DNA from: Octopus sinensis
Taxonomy: Eukaryota
DNA: 64,000 nt
Assembly: GCF_006345805.1 (NCBI RefSeq)
Contig: NC_042999.1
Span: 89,900,001 to 89,964,000, forward strand
Direction of reading: 5' to 3'
The translations under genes and the position numbers were made by a program. A model generated the notes under the pieces. That model was not told where the DNA came from and made no database searches. It worked only from the letters and a program-made list of their open reading frames with translations. This document shows positions 45,541 through 59,110 of the stretch, piece after piece. The number at the start of each line of letters is the position of its first letter. The first letter of the stretch is position 1.

Positions 45541-46103
45541 AATGGTGAAACCGCTTGGCATACTACCAGTTAACGTACGCCACTAGCCCAGAAAGAATAT
45601 AAGAGACGTCTTGACAATATAGTAAGGATTGTGCATTGGACACTTTGCAACAAGTATGAACTTGACAGAGCAAAAATGTGGTACGAACATAAACCCGAAG
45701 GCATCATCGAAAACGATAATGCGAAGATCCTATGGGATTTTATGATTCAGTGCGACCATAAGATAGAGAATAGGAAACTAGACAGTGTTAATTGAGAAAG
45801 AAAGCAAACGATGCTGGATCTTAGATATAGCATGCCCAGTTGACAACAAGGTATACGATAAGGAAGAAAGAAAAGTTGGGTCGCTGAAAAAGGTGGTAGT
45901 AGTACCAATAATTGTCGGAGCCCTGGGAACAGTGAGTAAAAATCTTGAAAAGTACATGGAACAAACAGGAGCTGCAATAAGGATGGAGCACTTGCAGAAA
46001 ACAGCACTGCTTGGAACCGCTCTAATACTCTGGATGGTGCTCGAAAAATAAGGGGTCTTATCTTAGTTCAGTGGTAGTGAACAGCTGACACCGTAGTACA
46101 CCA
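45541..46103 (+). mobile_element. R4/Dong-like LINE 3' fragment ending in (CAA)n(TAA)n
   Basis: GETAWH...LAQKEYKRR, KILWDFMIQCDH, LDIACPVD, VPIIVGALG, LQKTALLGTA. Confidence 0.85.
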
Positions 46104-46123
46104 TCGTTAAAAGCTGTGCAAAG

Positions 46124-46220
<97 letters not shown>

Positions 46221-46240
46221 TGATGATAATAATAATAATA
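46104..46240. repeat. (CAA)n-(TAA)n microsatellite
   Basis: Direct observation. Confidence 0.97.
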
Positions 46241-46744
46241 AATTGGAAGTGTTATCATGTACATTGTTTTGTCTTGGTATAAAAGATGGGTTACAGCAAA
46301 TATTCTGCTCAATACCACAGATTTGCTTGTCAGTTGTTTGACTTTAACCAGTTGAGTATGTCCCTTAGTGGCTGACGATATGTGCATCTCTGATCACGAG
46401 CAGAATTAGTGGGGAGCATCATAGCCATGTGTTGAGAGGGATTCTTTGGGGTTTGAATAATTCACCTCTGGAAACATGGGTGGTTCTTTCAACATCCTTA
46501 AACAACCCTTATTCAGGGACCTTTTGAGTGGGATGGGCTACTCAACCTGAAGAAAATTCTAACTGGGCCCCACCTGCAAGGTCATGTGCTGTTTATCTTG
46601 ATATGAGATCACCATGTCGCGCACATATGGTTGTGATGCATGTGCCTGATGTACCCTTATCAGACGGGTAGTCATGATGGGTATATTGGGCTTCGTATAT
46701 TTTACCCCAGTGTCACTTTGATGGCATGAACTGCTCTCTTACTC

Positions 46745-46745
<1 letters not shown>
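46241..46745. mobile_element. ~500-bp non-coding interspersed repeat embedded between (AAT)n arrays
   Basis: Near-identical to 59370-59605; AAT arrays on both sides. Confidence 0.8.
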
Positions 46746-46797
<52 letters not shown>

Positions 46798-46799
46798 TG

Positions 46800-46830
<31 letters not shown>

Positions 46831-46856
46831 TAATAATAATAATAATAATAATAATG

Positions 46857-46923
<67 letters not shown>
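46746..46923. repeat. (AAT)n microsatellite
   Basis: Direct observation. Confidence 0.97.
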
Positions 46924-46924
<1 letters not shown>

Positions 46925-46949
46925 GTTTCAAATTTTTCCAGAAGTGCAG

Positions 46950-47135
46950 CAATTTTGGGGAAAGAGATGAGTCGATTACATCCACTCCAGTGTTCAACTG
47001 GTACTTATTTTAACGAACCGGAAAGGATGAAAAGTAAAGTCGGCTTCGGTAGAATTTGAACTCAGAACGTAACGACAGGCGAAACACCACTAAGCATTTC
47101 GTCCAACACGCTAACGATTCTGCCTGCTCGCCGCC
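46950..47135 (-). mobile_element. SINE family 2
   Basis: ggatgaaaagtaaagtcggcttcggtagaatttgaactcagaacg...gctaacgattctgcctgctcgcc. Confidence 0.8.
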
Positions 47136-47138
47136 TTT

Positions 47139-47277
47139 GAAGAAGAAGAAGAAGAAGAAGAAGAAGAAGAAGAAGAAGAAGAAGAAGAAGAAGAAGAAGA
47201 GAAGAAGAAGAAGAAGAAGAAGAAGAAGAAGAAGAAGAAGAAGAAGAAGAAGAAGAAGAAGAAGAAGAAGAAGAAGA
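47139..47277. repeat. (GAA)n tract, ~46 units
   Basis: Direct observation; one register shift near 47200. Confidence 0.97.
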
Positions 47278-49484
47278 ATGCCCAAATGCAATTCCAGGCA
47301 ATGGCTCTCATGGCTTCTGATCGGAATTGTTACAGAAAATTAAAAATTCTCAGTTTACTAGTTAAATTCTTAGTATGAAGGAAGGGACCCATTTTGTCTG
47401 TATACAAGATTATTTAAACTGTATTCGTTTAAATACAACGTATCTTTGTCCAAGAGGAGATTCTCCTGCAAACTGGATGATGTTTATCGACATGTGCCCG
47501 TACGATTCTTAGCATGTAGCTTCACTTTGTCACGCATTATAATCTTTTCTCTCCGCCATTGCCTGTGAATCTCATTAATATACTTACAGGGAGTCTCTAA
47601 CGAGAACCCCAGCCTTTTGTCTGTTTCCAATCTCCTTTACCACGTCTAGTTGCACTCGATATTTGTTGTATCCGCTAACAACACCCAAAATATTTTATAT
47701 TCCTAAACTTCATAGGTTGTTTGCCAAATAAACAATGTAGATAGGCCTGGACGATTGGTGTAACATGCACATAAGCCATAAATCCATCAAATCTCTATAT
47801 TCTCAGGACAGAATATTCAGCGAATACAGTCGTGTCGACGCTATCACTTCCAGCCATTTCGTCGATTAGAACACTATGGATCACAGAAGTATATTAGGAA
47901 AACGAAGTGGGGAGCGATATAGTGTGTCATAAATGAGTGCATATTTATATGCGTGGAATGTATATTATGTTTAAATGTAGGTTTTGCTTACACAGATGTG
48001 TCTAAATGCTCGTCTGTTTTATTTTAATTTTAGTTTCATTTCATTAAAATAACAATTATTTGTAATTCTGTCTTCTATTTAATAACAAATTATAACCATC
48101 CTCTCGAATCTGTGTATAAATAGGTTCATAAATGGCTATACTGGTTGTTATTCATCAAAGGAAGTTTTGTCACATCATTGTCACCAGAATGTAATCTAGA
48201 GCGAGACTAGACTATAATTTATTTCACAAGGATGAAAAGCAAAATTACTCTCAGCAGGATTTGAACTCAGCCGGAAGAAATACTGCGCGTTATTTACAGA
48301 AACATTGAATCATATGCGAAAATAATCCATGAAATGACAACGGATTAAACTACAGAAAGCTAGCTGAACTTTAAAAAGTTGTCTGTCATTATTCAAACCT
48401 TTTCATCCATAGCAAAGATCTATGAGGCTTTCTAAAGGCCGGGTAAGAAGTGATGGTATGTTTCTCTGTGAAAGGCCACTATTGTCCAAATGTTAGTACA
48501 GAAGAATACCTGCGAAGATGATACTTTATGGTGAAAATGCTATGGTTCAACTATCAACAACGGAAGTTCTAGTAAAACACTGGCTGCTCTGTTGTTTTAA
48601 AAATGTTGTCATCATGGTATGTATCTGTACTATTTGTAAGACTTAGAATGGGAACAAGTTCAGTTTTCACTATTAAAGATGTTGAGAGAAGATATTGATA
48701 TTTCTAAATATTGTTAGTTCGAAATTTACTCGGATTTAAAGTGTATGCAGAAGTTTTTTGAGTCATTTCTAAGATTTCATAAATTAAAATACAGGTTCAT
48801 CACATGAAATTTGCAGACTGTGCAAGAAAAATATATCTTGATTTCAAAATATGTTAGTACTTTTCAAATAGGAAAGCAAACATTAACACAGCAAAACAGA
48901 TGTATATCATTATTACATAATTTAAACAAAAACTAAAACAGCATAAAATTATTCTTTATCTATAAAGTATCTTACCGTTCTGGAATTTGTCTATCTTCAC
49001 ATAACAGCCTAAATAGAGATTAACAAATATAAATCTTAAGGGAAAAAATTACACTGGCTAATAATGTGAGATTTTAATCTTAGCTGAAATTCAAGACCCC
49101 TTAGAAGAGAATTTCATGAACATAAGTACAGCTCAACGTAACTAACACAGAATTTACTTATAAAACAAAGATTACTAAAATGTAAAATGCTACCGGTATT
49201 GATAAGGAATACAATTTTGGGTTAAATTACTGGTATTCATGGTAATTATATAGTAGCTGTGGCAATTACAAAATTATTTATTAAGCCGTAATCAACATTC
49301 GATTAGTAATTGGAGAAAAGTTGCATTTATTTCCACCGAACAAAAATATTAAGTGACCCTGTAGAACTTACAGTGCAGTAACCAAGTACAACAATATATA
49401 CAAAACCGTGACATCTATACATTCCAACGAAACTTACACTCAGCTAGAAAATTATAACTTGTTACTGGAAAATTATTTTGTGGT

Positions 49485-49658
49485 AAGAAGCTTGCTCCCC
49501 AACCACCTGGTTCCGGGTTCAATCCCACTGCACGACACCTCGGGCAAGTTTCTTCTACTATAGCCACGGACCGACCAAAGCCTTGTGAATGGATTTAGTA
49601 GACAGAAACTTAAAGAATCCTACCGTATATAATGTGTGTGTGTGTGTGTGTGTGTGTG

Positions 49659-49730
<72 letters not shown>

Positions 49731-49870
49731 GTATGTGTGTATGTTTGTGTGTGTGTTTATCCCCCACTACCGCTTGACAACCGGTTCGACAACAAAGTAT
49801 CGATAGAATAAGTACCAGGCTTTAAAAAAGTACTGGGCCGATTCATTCGACTAAAATTCTTCAAGAACAG
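49485..49870 (+). mobile_element. SINE family 1 with long (GT)n centre
   Basis: tgtggtaagaagcttgct head, (GT)n 49633-49760. Confidence 0.85.
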
Positions 49871-50739
49871 CTATGAACTGAACAATTATTCAATTATTAA
49901 AGACAGCAGGAAGAGAAGGAAAATCTAAATATGTTATGGATTGTTAATAGAAAAGCCTGTGACGAAATATACCACAGTTATGGATATTGGAGACTCTACA
50001 AGCCCAGAGAATCTATTAAAAACATTGTATGAGCTCAACTGGAATACCAAAATGAATTTGGGATTAGACCAATGGTTCCCAAACGGTGCAGCGGAATGAC
50101 AGAAAGACAATCAAAGGTTTACAAACGGTTTTTAAAAAATTCATATGCCAAGCATAAATAAGCTTTCAAATTTTAAAATATCATTGGACTCTACCAGAAA
50201 CAATATCTATGTGTCTCTTCAAAAGCGTTATACATTCTACCGTTCTCCACGACATATTGCTGTGGACAAGGATTTTCAGTTCTGATAAATATCAAAAACC
50301 AAAAAAGGGAAATTTGTATTAATGAGGAGATGAGTTTGTTTCATTAAATTCGTGTACTTTAATCATATTATAAATTGTGTTATATATTGTATTTCACACA
50401 CTATTAGTGGTTTGTTTGTTTGTTTTTTATTTTTAAATGTGCTTTTTATCACATTGTTATGACGTGTGTTGTGCCCAAGGGTGTAAGAATAGTATTACTC
50501 AAATAAATATTTGGATATGATTATCTACAATAACCTTTCGCAGAATTAATATGTTCACACAGAACACACTCCGTAATACTCCAAACGTAGTTACGATATT
50601 AAACTAACACAGTAACGAATACGGACGGTCACCTTTGTTAATTAACTTCTTTTATTTGGCACACAGGCCATGACGAGGATGAAATGGCTGCATTGAGCCC
50701 CACTCTCAAGCAGTACCATTTAAATGTTTTAATATAAAG

Positions 50740-51560
50740 TTTTTTAAATCAATTTTCTTTTCTCTTTTTTTTTTCCTTTTTTTTCTTTTAGCATCTTGTG
50801 TACAGTCTTTAGAATTTTACCACTGTGATGGTTTACGATTTTATAGCGGTAAGTCATCGAATTCTACTCTAGCACCCATTGGGTCCATCCTGTTTCCGAA
50901 CCATTCCTTCAACTTGTATCTTTCCTTATCTTTCACTATTGCCTTCGAACTCTCCGGGTAATGCTCCACTGGTAGTTTCACTCTTATCACCGATCTGGAT
51001 TTGATGATTTTTCTTTCGATCTCAGTACTTTCTGAATATGTCACCATATGCCACTTGTTTTTTGCCTGTTTCGGGGTTGCTTGTTCCTGCGGTGAAACTT
51101 GGTTTTCTGTGATGGTTTCCTTTGTTGTTGGTGCTATTGGAATCTCATGCAGTGAAAAATCTTCACCTTCTGTTCCACTCTCCTTCCTTTTCTTTAAAAG
51201 ACTCTTCGTCGGTGACCTCACACATTCCTTTCTCTTTTTCCTCGTTACTACCGTACATGCCTCCTCGGCTTTCTCCGGGCATTTCTCTTTTACTGGGGCC
51301 GCCACTTCGGCACTCTGCTCTTGTTGTTCCTCTTCACTTTTATTTCTTTCTGGTGGCACCTTGCTCTCATGTGTCCTTTCTCTCCACATTGATAACATGT
51401 TGGTGGTCTTCCCTCCATCACCACTCTCAATCTTATGTCGTCCGGTAAAATTACTTCTTCCGAGAACCCAACAAAGCCCTCTTTATGAGTGTAATGCCAA
51501 ATAAATATCAGCACATCTGCGCTCGTGAGACCCGAACCCCGTGTGAAGGTCCTTCGCACG
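50740..51560 (-). mobile_element. L1/Tx1-like ORF1 retrocopy with A-rich tail
   Basis: EEVILPDDIRLRVVMEGRPPTCYQCGEKGHMRARC (CX2CX4HX4C knuckle), one frameshift, stop at 50841, A-rich run ~60 nt later. Confidence 0.75.
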
Positions 51561-51671
51561 GCAAGTGTTCCTTTGTGCAGCAGGTTAAACCTGGTCGTTA
51601 TTCAAATACTGCTATAAAGACTAGAATAGGACGGACTCAAAATGACGATAGAAATGTAATAGAATGTTATT

Positions 51672-52075
51672 AGGCGCAGGAGTGGCTGTGTGGTAAGTAG
51701 CTTGCTAACCAACCACATGGTTCCGGGTTCAGTCCCACTGCGTGGCATCTTGGGCTAGTGTCTTCTGCTATAGCCCCGGGCCGACCAATGCCTTGTGAGT
51801 GGATTTGGTAGACGGAAACTAAAAGAAGCCTGTCGTATATAAGTATATATGTATATGTATGTGTGTGTGTGTTTGTGTGTCCGCCTAGCATTGCTTGACA
51901 ACCTATGCTGGTGTGTTTACGTCCCCGTCACTTAGCGGTTCGGCAAAAGAGACCGATAGAATAAGTACTGGGCTTACAAAGAATAAGTCCTGGGGTCGAT
52001 TTGCTCGACTAAAGGCGGTGCTCCAGCATGGCCGCAGTCAAATGACTGAAACAAGTAAAAGAGTAAAGAGTAAAG
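51672..52075 (+). mobile_element. Near full-length SINE family 1
   Basis: ggcgcaggagtggctgtgtggtaag, B box ggttcagtccc, tail aaacaagtaaaagagtaaagagtaaagag. Confidence 0.92.
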
Positions 52076-52256
52076 AGAGTACAGAAGTGAGCCTACAAAA
52101 AGAGAATACCGGAAAAGAATATATAAAATTTGGACAGAGGGAAACATGTTCCCATTACGGTGCAAAGACTTCTGGACCAAAACAAATTATTCGTGAAAAG
52201 GCATATATGTAACTGGAATGGCGCAGACCTTGCTGTATGGTAAGAAGCTTGCTTCC

Positions 52257-53815
52257 GGTATAGCGTTTGTCAGTCTTTGAGTGTTACACAATTGGGGTTT
52301 GTTTTGTTTTTTTTTTTTTTTGCTATCTTGGCGGTGCAACGTTTTCCCTCTTGTTTAATAGAGGGGCGTCGAGTGAGGTGTTGCGAAGGCTTGAATTGTT
52401 CTGTTTCAGACGTTATAGACTTCCTTCTTCGGACTTTGTGTCGTCTGAGGAAGAAATAATGGAGTGTCTAAAGAAGATAGACGAAGCAATGGAAATAAGG
52501 AAATATGCTGCAGCGACAAAAGAAAAAGCGAAGATGTGAGGCTGGAGGATGTGAGCAAGTTCAAGGGAATGCTTAAAAGGGAGAGGAAAGATTAAGTTTT
52601 AAAGGAAGCAGCATAAAGGACAATAATTTATCGAACATACTCGGTGGCAGCAAGGAAGATCGAGATTATGTCAACGCCACAAATAGAAAAGGCACTGGGA
52701 TCAATCTGGCAAGGGATTTCCTACCTTGCCAGAGGAAAAAAAGTTGGAACGGTGGAGGTGGAGGTGCAGTTCAGAAAGGTAGCTACCGCTAGGCTGCACT
52801 CAGCAACACTGCTGAAAACGGATAAAGTGGTTCTTCTACCTGTATACCTTGGGAGGCGTGCTTCCAGAGTTAGAATGGAAGAAATACCCCCAGAAGTGGA
52901 TGGAGCCTGGCTGGTGGCTACCATACTGCTAGGCATGGAAGTGAAGGTGGTGGTCCTCCAGGTCACCAGAACAACCCATAGGAACTGGCAGAGACAAAAC
53001 CCCTTGATATAGTGGTGCAAGTCGCGGAAGAAGACATAGAAAAGATGGTCGAGACCATCACAGTAGGAGAGACAATATTGAAAGTCAGAGTGGAAGGGAG
53101 GATTCTGCGATGCTATAAATGTGGCCTGAAAGGCCACATTAGAGCAGATTGTCCTCCACCACTAGAAGAGGCTGAAGAGAGACAGGAGAGTGAGAAAGTG
53201 GCTGGTGCTCCTCAGTCCGTGGAGGAAAAGGAAAGTAATGTGGCACTACAGGCGAAGACAAGTACCAGCGTCGAGGAAGAGGAGGCAAACACCAGCTGGG
53301 AAATAGAGGGAAAAGAGAGGGAAAAGGAGAAAGAGGACACACGATGGACAAAATGAAGAATTGTACAATGAGGTAGACTCGTGCGACAGAGTAATTAAAG
53401 TGGATGTAACGTGAGTAAGGGGTCTGCCCGTGAACATTCACAGCGCGTTGGCGGACCCGGAGTACCTGTTTACATTACATAAGTATGTAGGAAATTATGA
53501 CTGCGAGTGGTGAGTCAAAGAAAAATAGACACCAACGCAATGCCGGAACGGATAAGGTATGCAGATACTTTTAAAAAATGCAACATAGATATTCTGGAAA
53601 AAAAATGGTTATTAACTGTTATAAATGGTATAGTGTAAATAATTGTTCTAAAAAAGCTGTATTAACAGGTTCAATGAAGTCGCTTGGAGGTGAGGCTGAA
53701 CGGCTTCATTTCACCTTTCATTATATTAATTCATTCTTTCTATTCGTTTTTTTTTTGTCCCCACGTTGTGCTCTCCCCTCTGTGTAAGACCTTCATAGCC
53801 AATTTCATAAAATAG
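52257..53815 (+). mobile_element. L1/Tx1-like element with ORF1 only, inserted in a SINE head with 14-bp TSD
   Basis: TSD agaagcttgcttcc at 52243-52256 and 53816-53829; ORF1 VRVEGRILRCYKCGLKGHIRADC; SINE resumes at 53816 and ends ~54190. Confidence 0.82.
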
Positions 53816-54559
53816 AGAAGCTTGCTTCCCAACCAAATGGTTCAGGGTTCAGTCCCACTGAGTAGCACCTTGGACAAGTGTCTTCTACTGTAGCCTCGGG
53901 CCGACCAAAGCCTTGTGAGTGGATTTCGTAGACGGAAACTGAAAGAAGCCCGTCGTATATATATGTGTGTGTGTGTCTGTTTGTCTGTCTATGTGTCTGT
54001 GTTTGTACTCACCATCGCTTGACAACCGATGTTGGTGTGTTTACGTCCCAGTAACTTAGCGGTTCGGCAAATAAGACCGATAAAATAAGTACCAGACTTA
54101 CAATGAATAAGTCCTGGGGTCGATTTGTTCGAGTAAAGGTGGTGCTTCAGCATGGCCGCAGTCAAATGACTGAAAGAAGTTAAGGAGTAAAAAAGCATAT
54201 ATATATATATCCCGGTTGGAATTGGTGGAGATCTCCATAATAATGAAAGTGTGTGAGTGTGTCTATGCTGAACACGAAGAACAAAATGCAGAACATGAAC
54301 AGGAATTAGCAGAGTGACCAATAAATCCCCACAAAAGAAACAGCTGCCGGATGAAGGTAAATTCTACTTTGTGGAGGTATAGAATGCTACAGAGGAAGAA
54401 AGAAGCTTACTATTACACCTGAATGAGGCAGGAAATATTGAAAGAAAGAGGTTACCAGCTCTGAGAAAATTTAGGAGGGGAAAATTGTATAAAGTAACGA
54501 AAATCTACATCGAAAGCATAAGTGATCTTAACAATCTTCCATACTATGCAGTCTCTGTC

Positions 54560-57140
54560 ACTGTGTAAACTCTTGAGATTAAAAGACAAAGAAAAACAAA
54601 AAAAAACAAGTCCCCATAAGAGAACGAAGGTTTGAGAACCAAACTGAACAGCTCCAGAAGGACCTTGGACGGATACATACAATCATAGAAAAGAAGAGGG
54701 TGAGGGAAAGATAGCGGGACGAACTGCAAAGGAAGCATAACATAAGACACAAAGAACTACAAGTGTTAAAGAAAAATTGATACAAAGAATCACAGCAATG
54801 TCTGATATTTATAAAAATGAGACCAGCGGAGACCAAATCATTACCAAAGAATTGATTTTTCAAGAACAATGAAAGAAAATTCTATAAACAACTGAACAAT
54901 GAAGAGGAGCATCGGGGGAATATGTCAGATAAGGAAACAGAAAGAAAATCTAGACAGAAATCTAAAGTAAAGAAATTTAACAGGAATCTAAAGTAAAGAA
55001 ATTTTACATGATATAAAAGGAGACTGGTTGCGGGAATTTAAAAGGGAAATGGAAATTAGACTGACACAAGAAAATATAACAATCACGGATGAGAAAGTGA
55101 AAGAGATGATTAAGAAAATTCCAAACCGGAAAGCCCCCGAATCAGATGGTATCCATGGTTTCTGACTCAAGAACGTTCCAACTATACATGGGTGTGTACG
55201 ATCATCTTTTACTGACTGCAGAGAAAATGAAACACCAACATGGATAACAAAAGGAATGATAGTTCTGATAAAGAATGACAAAGAAAAGAGAGTCAGTAAT
55301 TATAGACCATTTATTTGCTTACCATTACTCTGAAAACTGTTAACTGGCCTCATAGCAGGTGAAGAATATAATTTGTTGGAAAAGGAGAATAGGAAGAAAT
55401 CAAGGGGAACTGCTGATCTGCTTTATATAGACAGTAGAATATTAAATGAGGTACGATTAAGAAGAAGAAATTAGCTGCTAGATAGATAAATTACAGGAGA
55501 GTTTACTATGATGTCCTATAAACCTAGCTCTTGGACTGACTGAGGACGGTCGGTGTCATTTACAAGATAAACGACTTTTTGGAAAAAGCAATGGGAGTGT
55601 GAGAAGTGGAAATGACATGCGCAAATGAATCGCTATGTAACATGGAAATACTCAGGACCGTTTTCCAAGGAGATTCGCGCTTCCTGTTACTCTTCGGCTT
55701 TAGGTTAATCCCCGTGACAAGTATGCTGAGAAAATCCAGACCTGCCTATAAGTTTGCCAAATCAGAGAGGAGAATAAATCATCAACTTTAAATGGATAAG
55801 TAGTAGCTGTTTAGAAAAAATTAGACAGACCTGTATTCTTTGATTCAAACAATGACAGTATTCAGTAAAGATACAGGAATGCAGTTTAGCGTAGATAATT
55901 GCGCAGTAATAACTATGAAGGAGAAATGAGAGAGAAGGTCATTAAAATTACAAGAGGAAGCTGTTCGAAAGAAAATTAAATGGAGGATTGGTTCATCATG
56001 AAACCCATAAATACGTGGGCTATGTCAATACTGAGACACTTTGCTCCCTTTCGGAAATGAACAAAGGTCGGGTTATAGAACTTGGGTGGAAGAACTAGAA
56101 AGCTGCTCGCGATGCATAACGCACTATTACCGATGGACGTTCTCTCTATCAAGAAAGAAAGAGGGCAGAGGATTACTAAACGCAGAAGACATTGTTAATA
56201 CTCCGATAGAGGGTCTGAAAAATTATGTTATGCAGAGTAAAGAGAGAATACTTTTGGCAGCAACAGATACCCAAAAAGTGATTGAAATAGTTGAGGATTG
56301 AACGAGAAAAGAAACAAAATAAAAAATAAAAATGGAGCTACATGGCCAATTCATGCAACAAACCGAGAATGTTCGCAGTAAAGATCGCTGGCTCTGGTTG
56401 ACGGATGGAAAGCTGAAATAAAAGACACAATCGTTAATTATAGCTGCTCAGGGACAAGCTCTTAGAACAAATTTGATAAAGGCAAAGCTCGACAAAACTC
56501 AGTCTGACAGCAAATGTGGATTGTGTAGGAAAGGAGACGAAAGTCTCAATCACGTTTTGAGTGAGTGCAATATACTAGCACAAAAGGAGCACAAAAGCAG
56601 ACGTGACTGTGTTGGAAAAAGAGTGCATTGGGATGTTAACCTAGTGTGTGGCTTCAAGACAACAGAAACACGATATGAACACTAACTAGACGCTGTGATA
56701 GAAAATAAGAATTACATAATCTTGTGGGATTTCCTTACAGAGACTGACCATATTATTGAACCATGAAGAGCAGCTTCGATTATAGAGGACAAAATAAAGA
56801 GTGCAGGATCATAGATTTTGCAATTCCCTCTGATATCAAAGAAATTGAAAAAATTGAGTGATATCAGAATCTAACCAGAGGATTGAAGAGACTGTGAAAG
56901 ACCAAGACAGCAATTATTCTTGTAGTAAGCTGTGCACTTGGCACAGCGCCCAAAATGCAGCCTAAAACACTGAAAGAGATTGAAAATGAAACTCGCATTG
57001 TCGACCTACAGAATATTACCATCCTATATTCTGCAAGAATCCAAATAAAGAATTTTGAGAGTTGAGGTGAGTTGTTGCCACCAAATATCAAGATAAAATA
57101 TTTGCTGACTAAATAATAATGCACTAAAATAATAATAAAT
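54560..57140 (+). mobile_element. Old R4/Dong-like LINE (RT + zinc finger + restriction-like endonuclease), heavily degenerate
   Basis: KIPNRKAP.SDGIHGF, NYRP..C, SKCGLCRKGDESLNHVLSEC..LAQKE, ILWDF, IDFAIP.D; followed by (AAT)n. Confidence 0.85.
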
Positions 57141-57144
57141 GTAA

Positions 57145-57167
57145 TAATAATAATAATAATAATAATA

Positions 57168-57222
<55 letters not shown>
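57145..57222. repeat. (AAT)n switching to (ATT)n (self-complementary microsatellite)
   Basis: Direct observation. Confidence 0.95.
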
Positions 57223-57224
<2 letters not shown>

Positions 57225-57235
57225 AAATTCATAAT

Positions 57236-59110
57236 TATAAAATTCATAGGGCACTCTATGAATAAATGGCAAACAGTGCTACAGCTCCAAACAAAAGAGG
57301 GACTCGTGAAAACCAAAGCCATCCCCATTAGAAGAGGAATATTCCAGGGAGACACGCTCTCTCCACTCCTTTTCTGTTTGGCACTGTCACCTCTATCTGA
57401 TAAGCTAAATAGAACTGGATGCGGATATAAATGTTACGGCAAAACGATCAGCCACCTTTTATATATGGATGACCTAAAACTATACGCTGCAAATGACAAA
57501 CAGCTGGAAACACTATTAAAGACAGTTCATGGATTTACCAAAGAAATAGATATGAAATTTGGATTAGAAAAATGCGCCAAAGTAACCATGAAAAGAGGAA
57601 AACTAGTTAAGAGTAGCAACATCACACTAGATAAAACCAACGAAATAAAAGAATTAGACCAAAGCCAAACTTACAAATACTTAGGAATCCATGAACTAGA
57701 TAAGACACAACACACACAAATGAAAGAGAAAATAAAAAAAAGAATATTATAGACGAGTTAGATCAATACTAAAAACAGAGCTCAATGCTAAAAACAAGAT
57801 AATAGGTATTAACACTTTAGCTGTCCCAGTTATAAGTTGCAGCTACAATATCCTTAACTGGACACTAAATGAACTGACCAAAATAGATAGGAAAACAAGA
57901 AAAATAATGACAGGATCTAGGATGCATCACCCAAAATCTGACATAGAAAGACTATATATACAACGTATAGAAGGTGGTAGAGACCTTATACAGCTGGAAA
58001 ACTACTATAAAATAACCACCATAGGACTGCAAAAATATCTACTTCAGAAGGAAGGAAAACTGATACAAATAGCGGCAAAACACGAGCAAAAGAAAAAACT
58101 GTTCTCGGCATTTAAGGAAGCTGACAAATACAAACAAGAAATCATACCACCTAATAAATATGAAGAAGAAGAAGAAGATGAAGAAACAACAAAAGCTATA
58201 AAACAAATGAAATCCAAACTAAAAATAGAACAGCAACGAACCATGATAAAACGATGGCAAGAAAAGCCCCTTCGTGGTAAATACTGGACTAAACTAAACG
58301 CAAAAGAAATAGACAAAGAAAAATCCCAGCAATGATTGAGAAGCTCAGGACTCAAAGCAGAGACAGAGGGATTTTTAATTGCAGCACAAGACCAAAGCCT
58401 CCCCACCAGAAATTACCAAAAACATGTAATGAAAAGAAATATAACAAGTAACTGCAGAATATGTGGAGATGGACAAGAAACAATAGATCATATTATCTCT
58501 GGCTGCCCAGTCCTGGCTAAGAAGGAATATATTCACAGACATGACAGAGTTGGAACCTACATACACTGGAAGCTATGCCAACATTATGGAATAACAACAG
58601 AAAAAAGATGGTATAGGCACACACCAGAAAAGGTCACAGAAAACGAGAAAGCAACCATACTCTGGGATATGCCGATACACACAGATAGAGAAATTAAGGC
58701 CAACAGACCAGATATAGTTGTCAGAGATCATGAAGAAAAAAATGCTTTCTAATTGATGTATCAATACCGGCAGATGACAACGTGTCTCTAAAAGAAATGG
58801 AGAAACTTTCAAAATACAAAGACCTGGAAATAGAGGTAACCAGAATGTGGAATCTAAAAACAGAAACAATTCCTATCATAGTAGGTGCATTAGGCATGAT
58901 AAAAAAATATTCAGACAAATACATAACAAAAACACCAGGACTTACAAACACATATAACATACTGAAAATTGCACTACTAGGCACTGCACACATCCTACGC
59001 AGAACACTTTCTATACAATAACCATCAGAGCATCACAACAAATCACAGCACTAAGGCACACAGAGCTGCGCTCAGTAGTGAAGTGAAATCACGCTATAAA
59101 AATAAAACTA

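Noticed and set aside
46058-47343. Poly-Tyr/Cys/Leu/Lys/Arg/Ser/Phe ORFs
   Set aside because: Stop-free frames of AAT, CAA and GAA microsatellites; the same applies to 56864-57355, 59089-59329 and 63454-63752
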